Shown here piece by piece: positions 11,293-22,101 of a stretch of 64,000 nucleotides of DNA. Position 1 is the stretch's first letter, and every line of letters begins with the position of its first letter. Below the pieces are notes generated by a model. That model had not been told where the DNA came from, did not search any database, and was given only the letters and a program-made list of their open reading frames with translations. Both the position numbers and the translations under genes were made by a program. Source of the DNA: Longimicrobiales bacterium (GTDB taxonomy: Bacteria; Gemmatimonadota; Gemmatimonadetes; Longimicrobiales; Gaopeijiaceae); NCBI GenBank assembly GCA_965219445.1, contig CBDCNQ010000005.1, positions 1,600,001-1,664,000 on the forward strand, read 5' to 3'.

Positions 11293-12540
11293 ATGGAGAG
11301 GTATATCGGACTCGACGCACACGCGTCGAGCTGCACGCTGGGGATTGTAGGCCCCAGCGGCAAGCGCTTGGGCTCGCAGGTGGTGGAGACGAACGCGCGG
11401 GCGCTGATCGAGGTGCTGCGAGGGATTCCGAGGAACCGGCACTTATGCCTGGAAGAAGGGACGCTGTCGGGGTGGCTGTACGAGGTGCTGAAGCCGCACG
11501 TGGAGGAGCTGACGGTGGCGGGGGTCGGCAAGAGCCGGGGCCCGAAGACCGACAAGCTGGACGCGTTTGCCCTGGCGGAGAAGCTGCGGATCGGATCACT
11601 GGAGACGACGGTCTACAAGAACCGGGGCCAGTTCAGGCGGCTGGGGGAACGGGCGAAGAGCTACGACTTCTTGGTCGGCGACACGGTGCGGGTGAAGAAC
11701 CGGCTCAAGAGCGTGCTGCGCTCGAGAGGAGTGGCCTACGGCGCGGGGCGCTCGGTCTACTTAAAGCGCGACCGGGAGGAGTGGTTGGCCAAGCTGCCGG
11801 AAGCGAGCAGGACGACGGCCGGGTTGCTGTACGAGGAGCACGACGCACTCGTGGCATTGAGGGCGAAGGCCGAGAAGGCGTTGCTGGCGGAAGCACGCAA
11901 GCATCGAGAGTGGCATGTGCTGAAGACGTGCCCGGGTCTGGGTCCGATCCGGACGGCGGAGCTCCTGCCGGTGGTGGTGACGCCGTACCGGTTCCAGAGC
12001 CGGAGCAGGTTCTGGGCGTACTGCGGACTGGGCGTCGTGATGCGGAGCTCGTCGGACTGGGTGCGGGGTCCGGGTGGGCGGTGGGTAAGGGAACCGGTAC
12101 AGCAGACGCGGGGGCTGAATCGGAACTTCAACCACACGCTGAAGCGTGTGTTCAAGGGCGCAGCGACGACGGTGATCGGTCGGGCCGAGGACGAGCCCTT
12201 GTACCGCCACTACGAGCGACTCCTGGAGGGGGGCACGAAGCCGAATCTGGCGAAGCTGACGATCGCGCGTCAGCTCGCCTCGATCGTGCTAGCGGTGTGG
12301 CGCACGGGCGAAGCGTACGACCCAAGAGACTGGAAGCGACGGAGTAAACCGGCCTGGGATCGGCGAGCGTGGGGTCGAAAGCGGTCACAACATGGGGTCC
12401 GACGAAACGGAAGCGAACCGGTTACAGGGGACAGCATCCATACACACCGTGGGCCGGGGCAGAGAGCCCAAGCCCCCACTCAAAGGCTATGCACCCCTGG
12501 AAGAGCCGAACGAAGCGATGGGCCACAGAGTCCCAGATAG
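11293..12540 (+). CDS. IS110-family DEDD recombinase/transposase (C-terminus probably frameshift-extended; native end likely near 12347)
   Basis: IGLDAH, CLEEG, KTDKLDA, CPGLG, YCGLG; RBS AGGAGG. Confidence 0.92.
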   Translation: MERYIGLDAHASSCTLGIVGPSGKRLGSQVVETNARALIEVLRGIPRNRHLCLEEGTLSGWLYEVLKPHVEELTVAGVGKSRGPKTDKLDAFALAEKLRIGSLETTVYKNRGQFRRLGERAKSYDFLVGDTVRVKNRLKSVLRSRGVAYGAGRSVYLKRDREEWLAKLPEASRTTAGLLYEEHDALVALRAKAEKALLAEARKHREWHVLKTCPGLGPIRTAELLPVVVTPYRFQSRSRFWAYCGLGVVMRSSSDWVRGPGGRWVREPVQQTRGLNRNFNHTLKRVFKGAATTVIGRAEDEPLYRHYERLLEGGTKPNLAKLTIARQLASIVLAVWRTGEAYDPRDWKRRSKPAWDRRAWGRKRSQHGVRRNGSEPVTGDSIHTHRGPGQRAQAPTQRLCTPGRAERSDGPQSPR

Positions 12541-12720
12541 AAGGATGGTTCCCGCTCCAGAGCGGAGAACGCGACGGCTGTGAACGTCTTCCGGACTGCG
12601 ATGCGGACCCTGCGAGCGCACCCCTCCCCACCCTGAGTCGTCGACCGGGCAATCCAAACCATGCGGACGCCGACGGTCAAAAAATGAGCCGACGGCGCGT
12701 GGGGAAGGTGCGTCTTGACC
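12350..12720 (+). ncRNA. Candidate bridge/seek RNA region of the IS1111-type element (boundaries unknown)
   Basis: Stem-loop 12425-12499 with internal-loop strands TACACACC and TCAAAGG matching the insertion target; ATAGAAGG (12537-12544) matches the element's own right end. Confidence 0.75.
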
Positions 12721-12737
12721 GCCAGCCCCATAGAAGG

Positions 12738-13245
12738 GGGGCACGAAGCCGAATCTGGCGAAGCTGACGATCGCGCGTCAGCTCGCCTCGATCGTGCTAG
12801 CGGTGTGGCGCACGGGCGAAGCGTACGACCCCAAGAGACTGGAAGCGACGGAGTAAACCGGCCTGGGATCGGCGAGCGTGGGGTCGAAAGCGGTCACAAC
12901 ATGGGGTCCGACGAAACGGAAGCGAACCGGTTACAGGGGACAGCATCCATACACACCGTGGGCCGGGGCAGAGAGCCCAAGCCCCCACTCAAAGGCTATG
13001 CACCCCTGGAGAGCCGAACGAAGCGATGGGCCACAGAGTCCCAGATAGAAGGATGGTTCCCGCTCCAGAGCGGAGAACGCGACGGCTGTGAACGTCTTCC
13101 GGACTGCGATGCGGACCCTGCGAGCGCACCCCTCCCCACCCTGAGTCGTCGACCGGGCAATCCAAACCATGCGGACGCCGACGGTCAAAAAATGAGCCGA
13201 CGGCGCGTGGGGAAGGTGCGTCTTGACCGCCAGCCCCATAGAAGG
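12738..13245 (+). repeat. 508-bp tandem duplication of the IS110 3' end (copy of 12230-12737)
   Basis: Direct comparison; two 1-bp indel differences noticed. Confidence 0.95.
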
Positions 13246-13341
13246 GTGTGTAAAAAAAGAGGCGACGTACCTTTCCGCTAGGTAGTAAGAAGTTAACCAG
13301 CGAATCCCGGGTGAGCGCCCGGGGGAAAGGAACGATGCCTC

Positions 13342-14586
13342 GTGAGGAAGAATATGGTGGGACCCGAGAGTGAGTCCAGCACGCCGACGTGGGAGTGCTT
13401 GGAAGCGCTGGTTCGTGAGAAGGCCCAGGAGATGGTCCAGCGGATTCTGGAGGAGGAAGTGACGGAGTTGCTCGGCCGGGAGAAGTCGGAGCGGAAGACG
13501 GTCGTAGACCCGGCGCCAGGCTACCGCAACGGCTACGGCAAGGCTCGGCGGCTGGCGATGAGCTCGGGCACGATCATGCTCCGACGGCCCCGGGTTCGAG
13601 GCATTGAGGAGCGGTTCGAGAGTCGGGTGTTGCCGTTGTTCGCACGACGGACGAAGGAGGTGGGTGCTCTGCTTCCGGAGCTGTATCTGCACGGGCTGGC
13701 GGAGGGAGACTTCGAGCTGGCGATGCGGGGCCTGCTGGGCGAGGGGGCCCCGTTGTCGAAGTCTTCGATTTGGCGGCTGCGGGCGGGATGGACAAGGAAA
13801 TTCGAGGAATGGTCGAAGCGCTCGCTGGCCGACCGTGAGGTCGTCTACGTCTGGGCGGACGGGATCTACGTGAAGGCGGGGCTCGAGCGGGACAAGGCAG
13901 CGCTGCTGGTGGTTCTCGGTGCGATGCGAGATGGTACGAAGGAGGTGTTGGCCCTGAGATCGGGCTACCGAGAGTCGGTCGAGTCCTGGTCCGAGGTGTT
14001 GCGGGATCTGAAGGCACGCGGCATCGAGGCGCCCCGGCTTTTGATGGCGGACGGCAACGCGGCGATCTGGGGCGCAGTACGGCAGGTATGGCCTGAGGCG
14101 GGCGAGCAACGGTGCTGGAACCACAAGATGAGGAACGTGCTGGACCGGCTGCCTCAGCGGGAGCAGAGCGAGGCGAAGGACCTTCTCAGGACCGTGGTCT
14201 ACGCACCGAGGCGGTCCGAGGCGCTGAAGGCCCGTGAGGCGTTCGCCAGGCGCTACAGACCGTGGTATCCGAAGGCGGTGGATGTACTCGAGGACGACTG
14301 GGAGCGGATGGTGGCGTTCTACGACTTCCCCGAGGACCACTGGAAGCATCTACGCACGACGAACGTGGTCGAGAGCCCCTTTGCCGCAGTACGGCTCAGG
14401 ACAACGGCGGCGAAGCGCTTCAAGCGGGTCGAGAGCGCTACGGCGCTGATCTGGAAGCTGCTCTTGGTGGCGGAGAAGCGCTTCAGAAGGCTCGACGCTC
14501 CTCACCTCCTCAAGGACGTATTTGAAGGAAGAAAGTTCGAAGACGGAAAGCCCGTCTCAACCCAACAGCGGAAAAACGCCGCCTGA
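13342..14586 (+). CDS. IS256-family (mutator-type) transposase
   Basis: YRNGY, YVWADGIY, MADG, QRCWNHK, LRTTNVVES. Confidence 0.95.
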   Translation: MRKNMVGPESESSTPTWECLEALVREKAQEMVQRILEEEVTELLGREKSERKTVVDPAPGYRNGYGKARRLAMSSGTIMLRRPRVRGIEERFESRVLPLFARRTKEVGALLPELYLHGLAEGDFELAMRGLLGEGAPLSKSSIWRLRAGWTRKFEEWSKRSLADREVVYVWADGIYVKAGLERDKAALLVVLGAMRDGTKEVLALRSGYRESVESWSEVLRDLKARGIEAPRLLMADGNAAIWGAVRQVWPEAGEQRCWNHKMRNVLDRLPQREQSEAKDLLRTVVYAPRRSEALKAREAFARRYRPWYPKAVDVLEDDWERMVAFYDFPEDHWKHLRTTNVVESPFAAVRLRTTAAKRFKRVESATALIWKLLLVAEKRFRRLDAPHLLKDVFEGRKFEDGKPVSTQQRKNAA

Positions 14587-14750
14587 AACATTTACACACC
14601 TATTGACCCAACCTCTGCGCCTGACTGCCGACGCATTGAGCGCAAATGAGTTCTCATCCTACGTGGAGAACCTAAAGAAGCGATTAGACACTCTTGTGGC
14701 AGAGGCGAGGGCCGACGAGACGAAGCTTCGAAAGAGCCAGGGTCTACCCC

Positions 14751-15640
14751 TTATGCGGCCGTCAGCTCCCGATATCGAAGAGCCTCCCGATCCAGGAGCC
14801 GGGTCATGATCGTCTCGAAGATGTACGGGTTGTGCCGGTTGTTGAACCTGAACTCGACCTCGGAGAGGTAGGCGTCCAGGTGCTTCGCGCTGATCTGGTG
14901 CCACGCGCCGACGATGGAGCGCTTGAGCAGGCTCCAGACGCCCTCGACGCTGTTCGTGTGAACGTCACCGGCCACCCCACTCCTCCTCGCAGTGCCTGAC
15001 CGTCTCGTGGCGCGTGTCGTGGTCGGCGATCCCGAGGTAGGACTTGAGCTCGTCGGTGTAAATCGCCTCGGTGTCGGGCCGCGTGTTCCTGGCGATGAAG
15101 GCGTGGAGCGTGGCCCGCTTGATGTCGGGAACGGCCTTGATGCGGACCTCGCCGCCACGCTGGACGGCCCCTGCCACCCATGTCTTGTCGACCCGGTTGC
15201 CGGTCCCGACCCCGCGCCTCTTGCCGCTGATCAGGGTCTCGTCCACCTCGACCACCCCGAACAGGGTCGGTCCGCCGACTACACGGCTCTTCATGGCCGT
15301 ACGGATGCGGTGGCACAGGTGCCACGCGGTCTTGTAGGAGACGCCGATCATCCGCTTGATCTGGTTCGCGCTGATGCTCTTCTTCGACTCGCAGATCAGG
15401 TAGATCGTCACGAACCACTTCCAGAGCGGAAGGTTCGTGTTGTCGAAGATCGTCCCAGACGTGACGCTGAAGCGGTAGCGGCACCCGTTGCAATCGAACT
15501 GGTCGCGGGTGCTGATCTCGGAGACGGACAGGCCCCCGCAACGGGGGCAGCAGACGCCAGCGGACCAGCGCAGCTTTTCGAGATACTCGCGGCAAGTCTC
15601 TTCGTCGCGGAACTTCTCGATCAAGGAAATCAGATTGATT
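14751..15640 (-). pseudogene. IS1595-family transposase with +1 frameshift near 14976
   Basis: Zn ribbon CPRC/CNGC, VEVDET, IYTDE, then VHTNSVEGVWSLLKR...YLSEVEFRFNNR in another frame. Confidence 0.85.
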
Positions 15641-16229
15641 CTCCCGTCCTAGCTGTCTCTCGCGAAGGCGGTACAGCGCTAATGGGCGCGGCGTTTCAAC
15701 GGACCGGACCAGCGGCCTCCCGGTTTCGACGCTCGCTGGCCAGATAGGCCGACCGGTCGTCCATGAGTCGGCCAAAGTGGGATCGCTTCGGTCGAGGTAT
15801 GGAATCACCCTGCCGACGGGTGAGGCTCGGTGCGCACGGGCGACCGGACTCCTTTGATGGCAGCCACTTTCAACCTCCTACCGGTCCGCGTCATCACACC
15901 ACGACCGAACGGCTACCTTCGGTCGGCGCTCATCCGGCGACGCCTCGTATCGGGCGCGGCCAACCCCTGCTGCAGCCGCCCGTTCGTTTTGTATATCCGA
16001 AGTGATCCACAACGTATCGGCTACCGGCTAACCGCAAGCGTAGCAATAGGTTACTGAATCATTCGTCGGTTCAACCAGGACTGCGCGATCTGCTGCACTT
16101 GCCGTCCTACCATACCTGATGCTGCCGTGCTTAAAGGGCGGGGAAACGGCATCAAGTGGCGGGTATGACTGGCAGGCATCTCGAACCCGGATCAAGGACC
16201 AGTTGTTTGGGGTCAGCACCGGTCCATTC

Positions 16230-17062
16230 GGATGTGTTGCAACTTTCAAAAATCAGCAAGAGAGCGACTGGTTGGGTCGACCAGGCTCCGTCTTACTGCG
16301 GCCACTTCGAACAGCTTGTTGATGAACTGAATCTGTTGCCGAACATCCGAACCGCTCACCCACCTCGCCTGACCCTTCCGGATCATGTGAATTGCCTCAT
16401 AATCCTTGGATCGTTCGCCGTGCCGCGTGAAATTCACGAAAGCCCTGCTTGGCCTTCACGCGTCGTTTGATCGCTCGATGATCCTGCTCCAGGATGTTGT
16501 TCAAGTATTGGATCGGCCGGTGACGGCAACGGTGTCGCAGGATTCCTTCCTGCTTCACTCCTGAAATCGCCGCGCCATAGAGGCGTGCTTGGTCCGTATA
16601 GATAACCCGGGGCTGCCGATGCGACGGATTCGTCAGCGCCTGGCGGAACAGGCGTTTGGCCGTAGCGGCATCGCGCAACCTCGAGAGCACGAAGTCGGTC
16701 GTGGCGCCGGTGGAATCGATGGCTCGGTAGAGGTAGCACCAACGGCCCTTGACACGAACGTAGGTCTCATCGACCCGCCAGGACCTGTTGGTTGGCTTGA
16801 GATGACGGCGCAGCCGCGCCTCCAGTTCGGGACCGTAGCGCTGGACCCGGCGCCAGATTGTCGTGTGGTCCGCCTCCAGGCCGCGCTCGCTGAACAGCTC
16901 TTCGACATCGCGGAACGAGAGCGAGTACCGAAGGTACCAGCGCACGGCGCAAAGAATCGGCTCGGGCTCGGTTTGTCGCCACTTGAAGATCGCCGGTCGG
17001 ATTGTCTTTTTCATGATCTCTTCAGGTTACCAGCCGCTGTCCGCCAAAGTTGCAACACAACC
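16230..17062 (-). mobile_element. IS6-family element; transposase 17014-16246 frameshifted near 16400
   Basis: IRs GGATGTGTTGCAACTTT / AAAGTTGCAACACAACC; WRVDETYVRVKG, LNNILEQDHR. Confidence 0.9.
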
Positions 17063-17296
17063 CTTCGAAGTGCAGTTCCGACTCCGTCGTCTTGCTGCCC
17101 TCAACTAAATCCATCGCTTTCAAGCTTGTACCACAGATCGAAAGGAGTTAAGTGTCAGGTGAGGAATCCGTGGGAAAAGCCCGCATTAGAACCGAGCAGT
17201 GCAACGATCCGGACGACCGCCCTTGACATCGGTCAGCCGGTGGGTCATTCCCCGTAATCAAAATTGCGCGCTATGCGGCCTATCAGGAGAAGCACG

Positions 17297-18235
17297 ATGC
17301 AAGTCATCTTGGCACAACCGCGCGGTTTTTGCGCCGGTGTCGAGCGCGCCATCGAAATCGTCGAAACGGCCCTGCATCAATACGGCCCCCCGGTTTACGT
17401 GCGCCACGAAATCGTCCATAACCGGCACGTCGTGGAGGATCTGAAGGCGAAGGGCGTGCGTTTCGTCGACCAAGTCGAGCAGATTCCCAGCGGGGCCCTC
17501 ACGGTATTCAGTGCCCACGGCGTGTCGGCAAAGGTCGAGCAGGACGCATCGGTGCGCCGCCTGCGGACGCTGGATGCTACTTGCCCGCTGGTCTCCAAGG
17601 TACACATCGAGGGGCGCCGCTACGCCGCCAAGGGCTACACCATCATTCTGATCGGTCATGAAAACCATCCGGAGGTCGAGGGCACCGTGGGTCAGATCCC
17701 GGGGCGGGTACTGCTGGTGGGCGACGTGGCCGATGTGGAAATGCTCCAGGTCCGCGACCCCGACAGAGTTGCCTATATCACACAGACGACTCTGTCGGTC
17801 GACGACACCCGGGACGTGATCTCAGCCCTGCGCAATCGATTCCCCAAGATTGTCGGCCCGGGGGTCAAGGACATTTGCTACGCGACCCAGAACCGTCAGG
17901 CCGCCGTAAGAACGCTCGCCTCCTTCGTGGACCTGGTGTTCGTGGTCGGTGCCCAGAACAGCTCCAATTCAAACCGCTTGTGCGAGGTCAGTAACGACAG
18001 CGGCGTGCCGAGCTATCTGATCGAGGATCCGTCGGCGCTCGATCCAGTTTGGCTCCACGGCAAGAAGAGCGTCGGCATTACCGCCGGTGCCTCGACCCCC
18101 GAGGAACTGGTGCAGGACCTCATCGCGAAGATGCGGGAATACGTTGACGTCGAACTCTCGACGATGGATGGCATCGTCGAGAACGTTCGCTTCAGCCTGC
18201 TTCCAAAACTGAGCCAAGCCGCCGTTGCCCAATAG
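17297..18235 (+). CDS. ispH: 4-hydroxy-3-methylbut-2-enyl diphosphate reductase
   Basis: [42 protein letters not shown]. Confidence 0.97.
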   Translation: MQVILAQPRGFCAGVERAIEIVETALHQYGPPVYVRHEIVHNRHVVEDLKAKGVRFVDQVEQIPSGALTVFSAHGVSAKVEQDASVRRLRTLDATCPLVSKVHIEGRRYAAKGYTIILIGHENHPEVEGTVGQIPGRVLLVGDVADVEMLQVRDPDRVAYITQTTLSVDDTRDVISALRNRFPKIVGPGVKDICYATQNRQAAVRTLASFVDLVFVVGAQNSSNSNRLCEVSNDSGVPSYLIEDPSALDPVWLHGKKSVGITAGASTPEELVQDLIAKMREYVDVELSTMDGIVENVRFSLLPKLSQAAVAQ

Positions 18236-18569
18236 CGGGAAGGTGTCACACCGATTGCCACGACACCCGCGGCCGAGATCTCGATACACTGGACCGCGAC
18301 GGCAGGCGGTCAAAGAGTACCGGCCCACCGGCCTGGTAGCGCGTAGATGCTTGCGCACTTGAGCCGGAGCATGCGGATAGCGGCGCGGTCCCCGCCGAGA
18401 CAGAAAGCGTTCGGCTTGACAGGGACCCTCAACCAGTCCACATACATGCCCACTGGCCACACACACCAAGCCACCAGGGGCGGCGTGTGGGAGTCTTAAC
18501 ACTGACGGGCATGGTTCTGTTACCATCCGCGGATGGAACTCGCCAAAGCTACCGCGCTTTCGCACCTGA

Positions 18570-18675
18570 CCCGCGACGCTCTCCGCCGAATCTTCTTCGA
18601 CAAGCTTGACGTGGTCTTCCTCGGATTCATCCTCTTCGCACTCATCCTCGGAGGCCGCCGTCATGCCAGGGCCTG
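18570..18675 (+). pseudogene. Remnant of IS5-family transposase C-terminus
   Basis: [21 protein letters not shown] resembles IS5-type C-termini. Confidence 0.4.
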
Positions 18676-18684
18676 TTACCGCTA

Positions 18685-19716
18685 ATGTGCTCCGATGGGA
18701 TATCAGACAGCGATCTCGCCTACCAGGCAGAACTCCTGCAGCGCGTATCCCGCACCTTCGCTCTCACGATTCCGCAGCTTCCAACCGGGCTCCGCGATGT
18801 GGTGGAAAACGCCTACCTCCTGTGCCGGATTACCGACACGATCGAAGACGAGCCCGCGCTGTCCGCCAGGCAGAAGCGGGTGTTCTGGGAACGGTTCATC
18901 GACATTGTCGCTGGTCGGGACACCGTGGAGCCGTTCGCGCGCGAGCTCGGTGCCGGGCTGTCGTCGTCGACCCCCACTAGTGAACATGACCTGATCGCCA
19001 ACACTGCCCGCGTAATCCGCATCACACGCGGGTTTGAGCCCGCGCAGCGCGAGGCGCTCGCACGCTGCGTGCAAATCATGGCCCGAGGCATGGCGGACTT
19101 TCAGTTGCAGGCAACTCCTGTTGTCGGCCTAGCCGACCTAGCTCACCTCGACCGCTACTGCTACTACGTCGCTGGCGTGGTAGGCGAGATGCTTACCGAG
19201 CTGTTCTGCGATTATTCCGCGGAAATCAACGCGCATCGGGAGGAGTTGCTCAGGTTATCCGTGTCGTTCGGCCAAGGGCTGCAGATGACCAACATCCTCA
19301 AGGATGTATGGGACGACTGGCAGCGCGGGGCGTGCTGGTTGCCGCGGGACGTCTTCCTGGATGCCGGTTTCGACCTGCGCTCCCTGTCAGCGAACCGGAA
19401 CGATCCGCGCTTCGCTAATGGACTTTTCACCCTGGTGGGCATCGCCCACGGTCACCTGGCAAATGCGCTGCGCTACATCCATATCATCCCGGCCCACGAA
19501 ACCGGCATCCGCCGACACTGCCTGTGGGCGTTGGGCATGGCTGTGCTGACGCTACGCCGCATTCACGCGAGGCCGGCGTTCCAAAGTGGCCGGCAGGTCA
19601 AGATCTCGCGGCGCAGCGTGCGGACAGTCACCGTCGTCACCAGCAGCCTGGTCCGCTCGAACCTGGCGCTAACGCTGCTGTTCAGGGCACTCACTCGCGG
19701 ACTGCCACGTGGGTGA
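18685..19716 (+). CDS. Squalene/phytoene synthase family protein
   Basis: [37 protein letters not shown]. Confidence 0.9.
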   Translation: MCSDGISDSDLAYQAELLQRVSRTFALTIPQLPTGLRDVVENAYLLCRITDTIEDEPALSARQKRVFWERFIDIVAGRDTVEPFARELGAGLSSSTPTSEHDLIANTARVIRITRGFEPAQREALARCVQIMARGMADFQLQATPVVGLADLAHLDRYCYYVAGVVGEMLTELFCDYSAEINAHREELLRLSVSFGQGLQMTNILKDVWDDWQRGACWLPRDVFLDAGFDLRSLSANRNDPRFANGLFTLVGIAHGHLANALRYIHIIPAHETGIRRHCLWALGMAVLTLRRIHARPAFQSGRQVKISRRSVRTVTVVTSSLVRSNLALTLLFRALTRGLPRG

Positions 19717-19741
19717 TTCAGACGCGCGGTTATGTTTCACG

Positions 19742-20045
19742 GGTTCTGGTGCAGACAGCCAACGGGGATTGGCGATAATGAGATATGGCGCATCGCAAAA
19801 CTGAAAGGAATCCTCTATTTGCCGGACGTTGGTTCGAAGACGACATCATTCTCCTCTGCCTTCGCTGGTATTTTCGCTTCAAACTGAGTTACCGGGACCT
19901 GGTCGCGATCTTAGGTGAGCGGGGTTTATCGATTTCGCACACCACGATCTTGCGTTGGGTCATTCGCTATGCCGAAATCTGCGAAAAGCGGTGGAGCCGA
20001 TTCGAGCGGCCGGTGGGTGGAAGTTGGCAAGTTGATGAAACGTTG
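19742..20045 (+). pseudogene. Truncated IS6-family element (left end + N-terminal transposase)
   Basis: LRWYFRFKLSYRDL...HTTILRWV...WQVDET then breaks off. Confidence 0.8.
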
Positions 20046-20669
20046 CCGGACAGACCGCCGTCTCGGTGCTCGCGGGCGTCACGTCGGCCGGACTGAAGGC
20101 GGCAGACGCGGACGACGATTCCGATGGGTCACGCACGGGCGTATCTCTGGGCGCTGCGGTGACCGTTCCGGTAGTCCCCCAACCTCGGAATTCGTCTTGG
20201 CGGCGCCTATGTTCAAAAGGGCGGAAGCATCGGCGTTCGCGCGGACGATATCGTCAACGCGTTCTACGCTGATCTGAAGCTCGACTACATCGAATTGTCG
20301 GCGCTGGCGAAAGCGAGCGCCCCGGGCAGCGTCGGCTTCCTCTACCTGCTCGCGGGGCCAACCGTTTCCTTCGAAGTGCGGTGTACGACCGATCTGACGT
20401 ATTCCCTCGGCGGGGACACGGTCGAGCCCCAGTTGGGGCGCGACTATTCGGACGTTCCTTGTTCCGAGAGGGATTACGGAATCGGAGCCGCTAACACCGA
20501 AGCGGTCGAGTTCGCCGTCGCGGGAGGAATCGGCACAGAATTCCCGGTGGGCGCATCGACCCGGGTCTCGGTGGAGCTGCTCTATACACTCGGTTTGGTC
20601 TCGGTTCTTGACGACAGCAGGAACCGCGCCATCACGCTCCGGGCCGGAGTCTCCCTTCCGATCGGGTAG
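20045..20669 (+). pseudogene. Outer-membrane beta-barrel (PorT/OmpA-like) gene, 5'-truncated and frameshifted
   Basis: AYVQKG...LKLDYIEL...LAGPTVSF...ELLYTLGL...LRAGVSLPIG. Confidence 0.55.
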
Positions 20670-20959
20670 CGAGTCCAAAAGGCACCGGACCGGGGAGCCA
20701 AGCCGGAGTGTGCCGCGCGCCTTGCCCGCAGCGGGCGCCCGATCTGCTCCCGGAGAGCCCGCGGAAAACCTCAATCGCGGTCGGTCGAAGTGCGTGCTAT
20801 CCGGGGCAGTTCATGGCCGTCAGGGTCCGAGCTTTTTGACACAATACAAATAGGGCATGGAAACAATGCAATTATGCTATTGACGAGACGTTCAGCGAGC
20901 CCAAGGTTTCCGTTGAAATCGCTGCTGGACTCCCATCTTTCGGACATTCAGGAATCCGA

Positions 20960-21150
20960 ATGAGCTGTCGCCGCACCATCATCCGGCTGTCCGCCGTGCT
21001 AGCGGTTGTGGCCTTGACCAAGGGGTGCGGGGACGGTGACAGCCCTGCCGCGCCTCCAACGCCAGAGCCCACCCGCCCGACGACGGTCACGGTGAGCCCG
21101 GCCACGCACGAGCTCCCACGCCAGCGGACCCGTGCTGCCGACGGCAATAG
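20960..21150 (+). pseudogene. N-terminal stub of Ig-like-domain lipoprotein
   Basis: Lipobox-like KGC then PTTVTVSPAT; homology ends where it meets the LOG gene. Confidence 0.45.
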
Positions 21151-21151
21151 T

Positions 21152-21811
21152 TTACCGTTCATATGTCTTGATCACGTCGAGCATGGCCTGTTCCGCGTCG
21201 TCCCACGCGGTCTGAATCGTCCGGAGCGCCGCCGGGGCGTTCGGCACCTGGCTGGCGAGCGCGCGGTTCTGCGGCAGCAGGAGACCCTGTGCGGTCGCAC
21301 GATCGAGGAAGGCGAACAGGTGGTCGTAGTAGCCGTCAATGTTGGCGAAGCAGCACGGCTTTTCGTGCAGCTCCAGCGGTCGTTGTGACCAGCACAGGAC
21401 TTCGAAGATCTCCTCCAGCGTGCCGAACCCGCCGGGTAGAGCGATGCAGCCCTGCGCCAACCGCTGCATCAGGTGTTTGCGCTCGTGCATCGTGGCGACT
21501 TCGAGGAGACGGCTGAGTCCCTCGTGGGCGAGTTCCTGGTACGACAGCTGCCGGGGAACCACACCGGTCACGAAGCCGCCGCCCTCCAGCACAGCATTTG
21601 CCAGCACACCCATCAGTCCGACGCTACCGCCACCGTAAACCAGCCCGATGCCCTCGGCCGCCATCAGTCGCCCTAGGGCCTCGGCCTCGTCGATGTAGCG
21701 CTGCTCGCGTCCTAGGTTGCCGCCCAGGTAGACGCAGATGTTTTTTCCGCTGGGCGGCCCATCGGGTTCTGCGGGGTTCTCGCCCGCCGCCAATGCTCTC
21801 GCGTTCGGCAT
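21152..21811 (-). CDS. LOG family (TIGR00730) nucleotide phosphoribohydrolase
   Basis: LVYGGGSVGLMG, MHERK, PGGFGTLEE. Confidence 0.92.
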   Translation of the reverse strand: MPNARALAAGENPAEPDGPPSGKNICVYLGGNLGREQRYIDEAEALGRLMAAEGIGLVYGGGSVGLMGVLANAVLEGGGFVTGVVPRQLSYQELAHEGLSRLLEVATMHERKHLMQRLAQGCIALPGGFGTLEEIFEVLCWSQRPLELHEKPCCFANIDGYYDHLFAFLDRATAQGLLLPQNRALASQVPNAPAALRTIQTAWDDAEQAMLDVIKTYER

Positions 21812-22101
21812 TCTGTAAGTTTTCCTTGTCGCGCTCCGGCATCAGTACGCTGCCAGACCATCGAGAAGGAACCCCTAGTGCTACCACGGATCGTGTGCCC
21901 TAGTGGGCCCCTTCAGGTAAAGCGGTGGTTTCATTGTGCGTTCTCTCGCGGACGGATAGAATCGGCACAGCCCCGGCCAAGCAAATTTCGAAATCCGGCG
22001 GTCGCGGGTGACCATGTGGCAAGTTTAACCTACAAGGAAGGCATAGTCACCTTCAGCCCGTCAAGCACGACAACTCATCGCCGTGTAGGTAACATTTCGT
22101 C

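Larger units (their letters stand above)
11142..12737 (+). mobile_element. IS110-family (IS1111-type) element, copy 1, 1596 bp
   Basis: AAGG core at both junctions; subterminal IRs ATAGGGGCATGGCG / CGCCAGCCCCAT; long 3' non-coding end. Confidence 0.9.
11126..14615 (+). mobile_element. IS256-family element, copy 1, left IR interrupted by IS110-family element
   Basis: Reconstituted IRL GAGCTAGGATCAAAGGGTGTGTAAA vs IRR(rc) GAGGTTGGGTCAATAGGTGTGTAAA; flanking direct repeat TGCGCCTG at 11117-11124 and 14616-14623. Confidence 0.9.
11002..14809 (+). pseudogene. Small hypothetical ORF split by the IS256/IS110 composite
   Basis: Removing the insertion and one TGCGCCTG copy gives a continuous frame MTHRLLLPDL...GGEPMRL|TADALSANEFSSYVENLKKRL...; RBS-like GGAGAAGG upstream. 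Confidence 0.6.

Noticed and set aside
12600..12604. GATGC as the second donor guide (reverse complement of left end GCATC)
   Set aside because: Only 5 nt and outside the stem closing the ATAGAAGG loop; could be chance.
11154..14349. Long alternative-frame/antisense ORFs over the IS elements (397, 472 aa, and repeats at 29078, 30404)
   Set aside because: Shadow ORFs expected in GC-rich DNA; no motifs, and they overlap clear transposases.
14960..14990. Programmed frameshifting in IS1595 (and upp)
   Set aside because: Single-base gains in short G/C runs without slippery heptamers; more likely decay or sequencing error.
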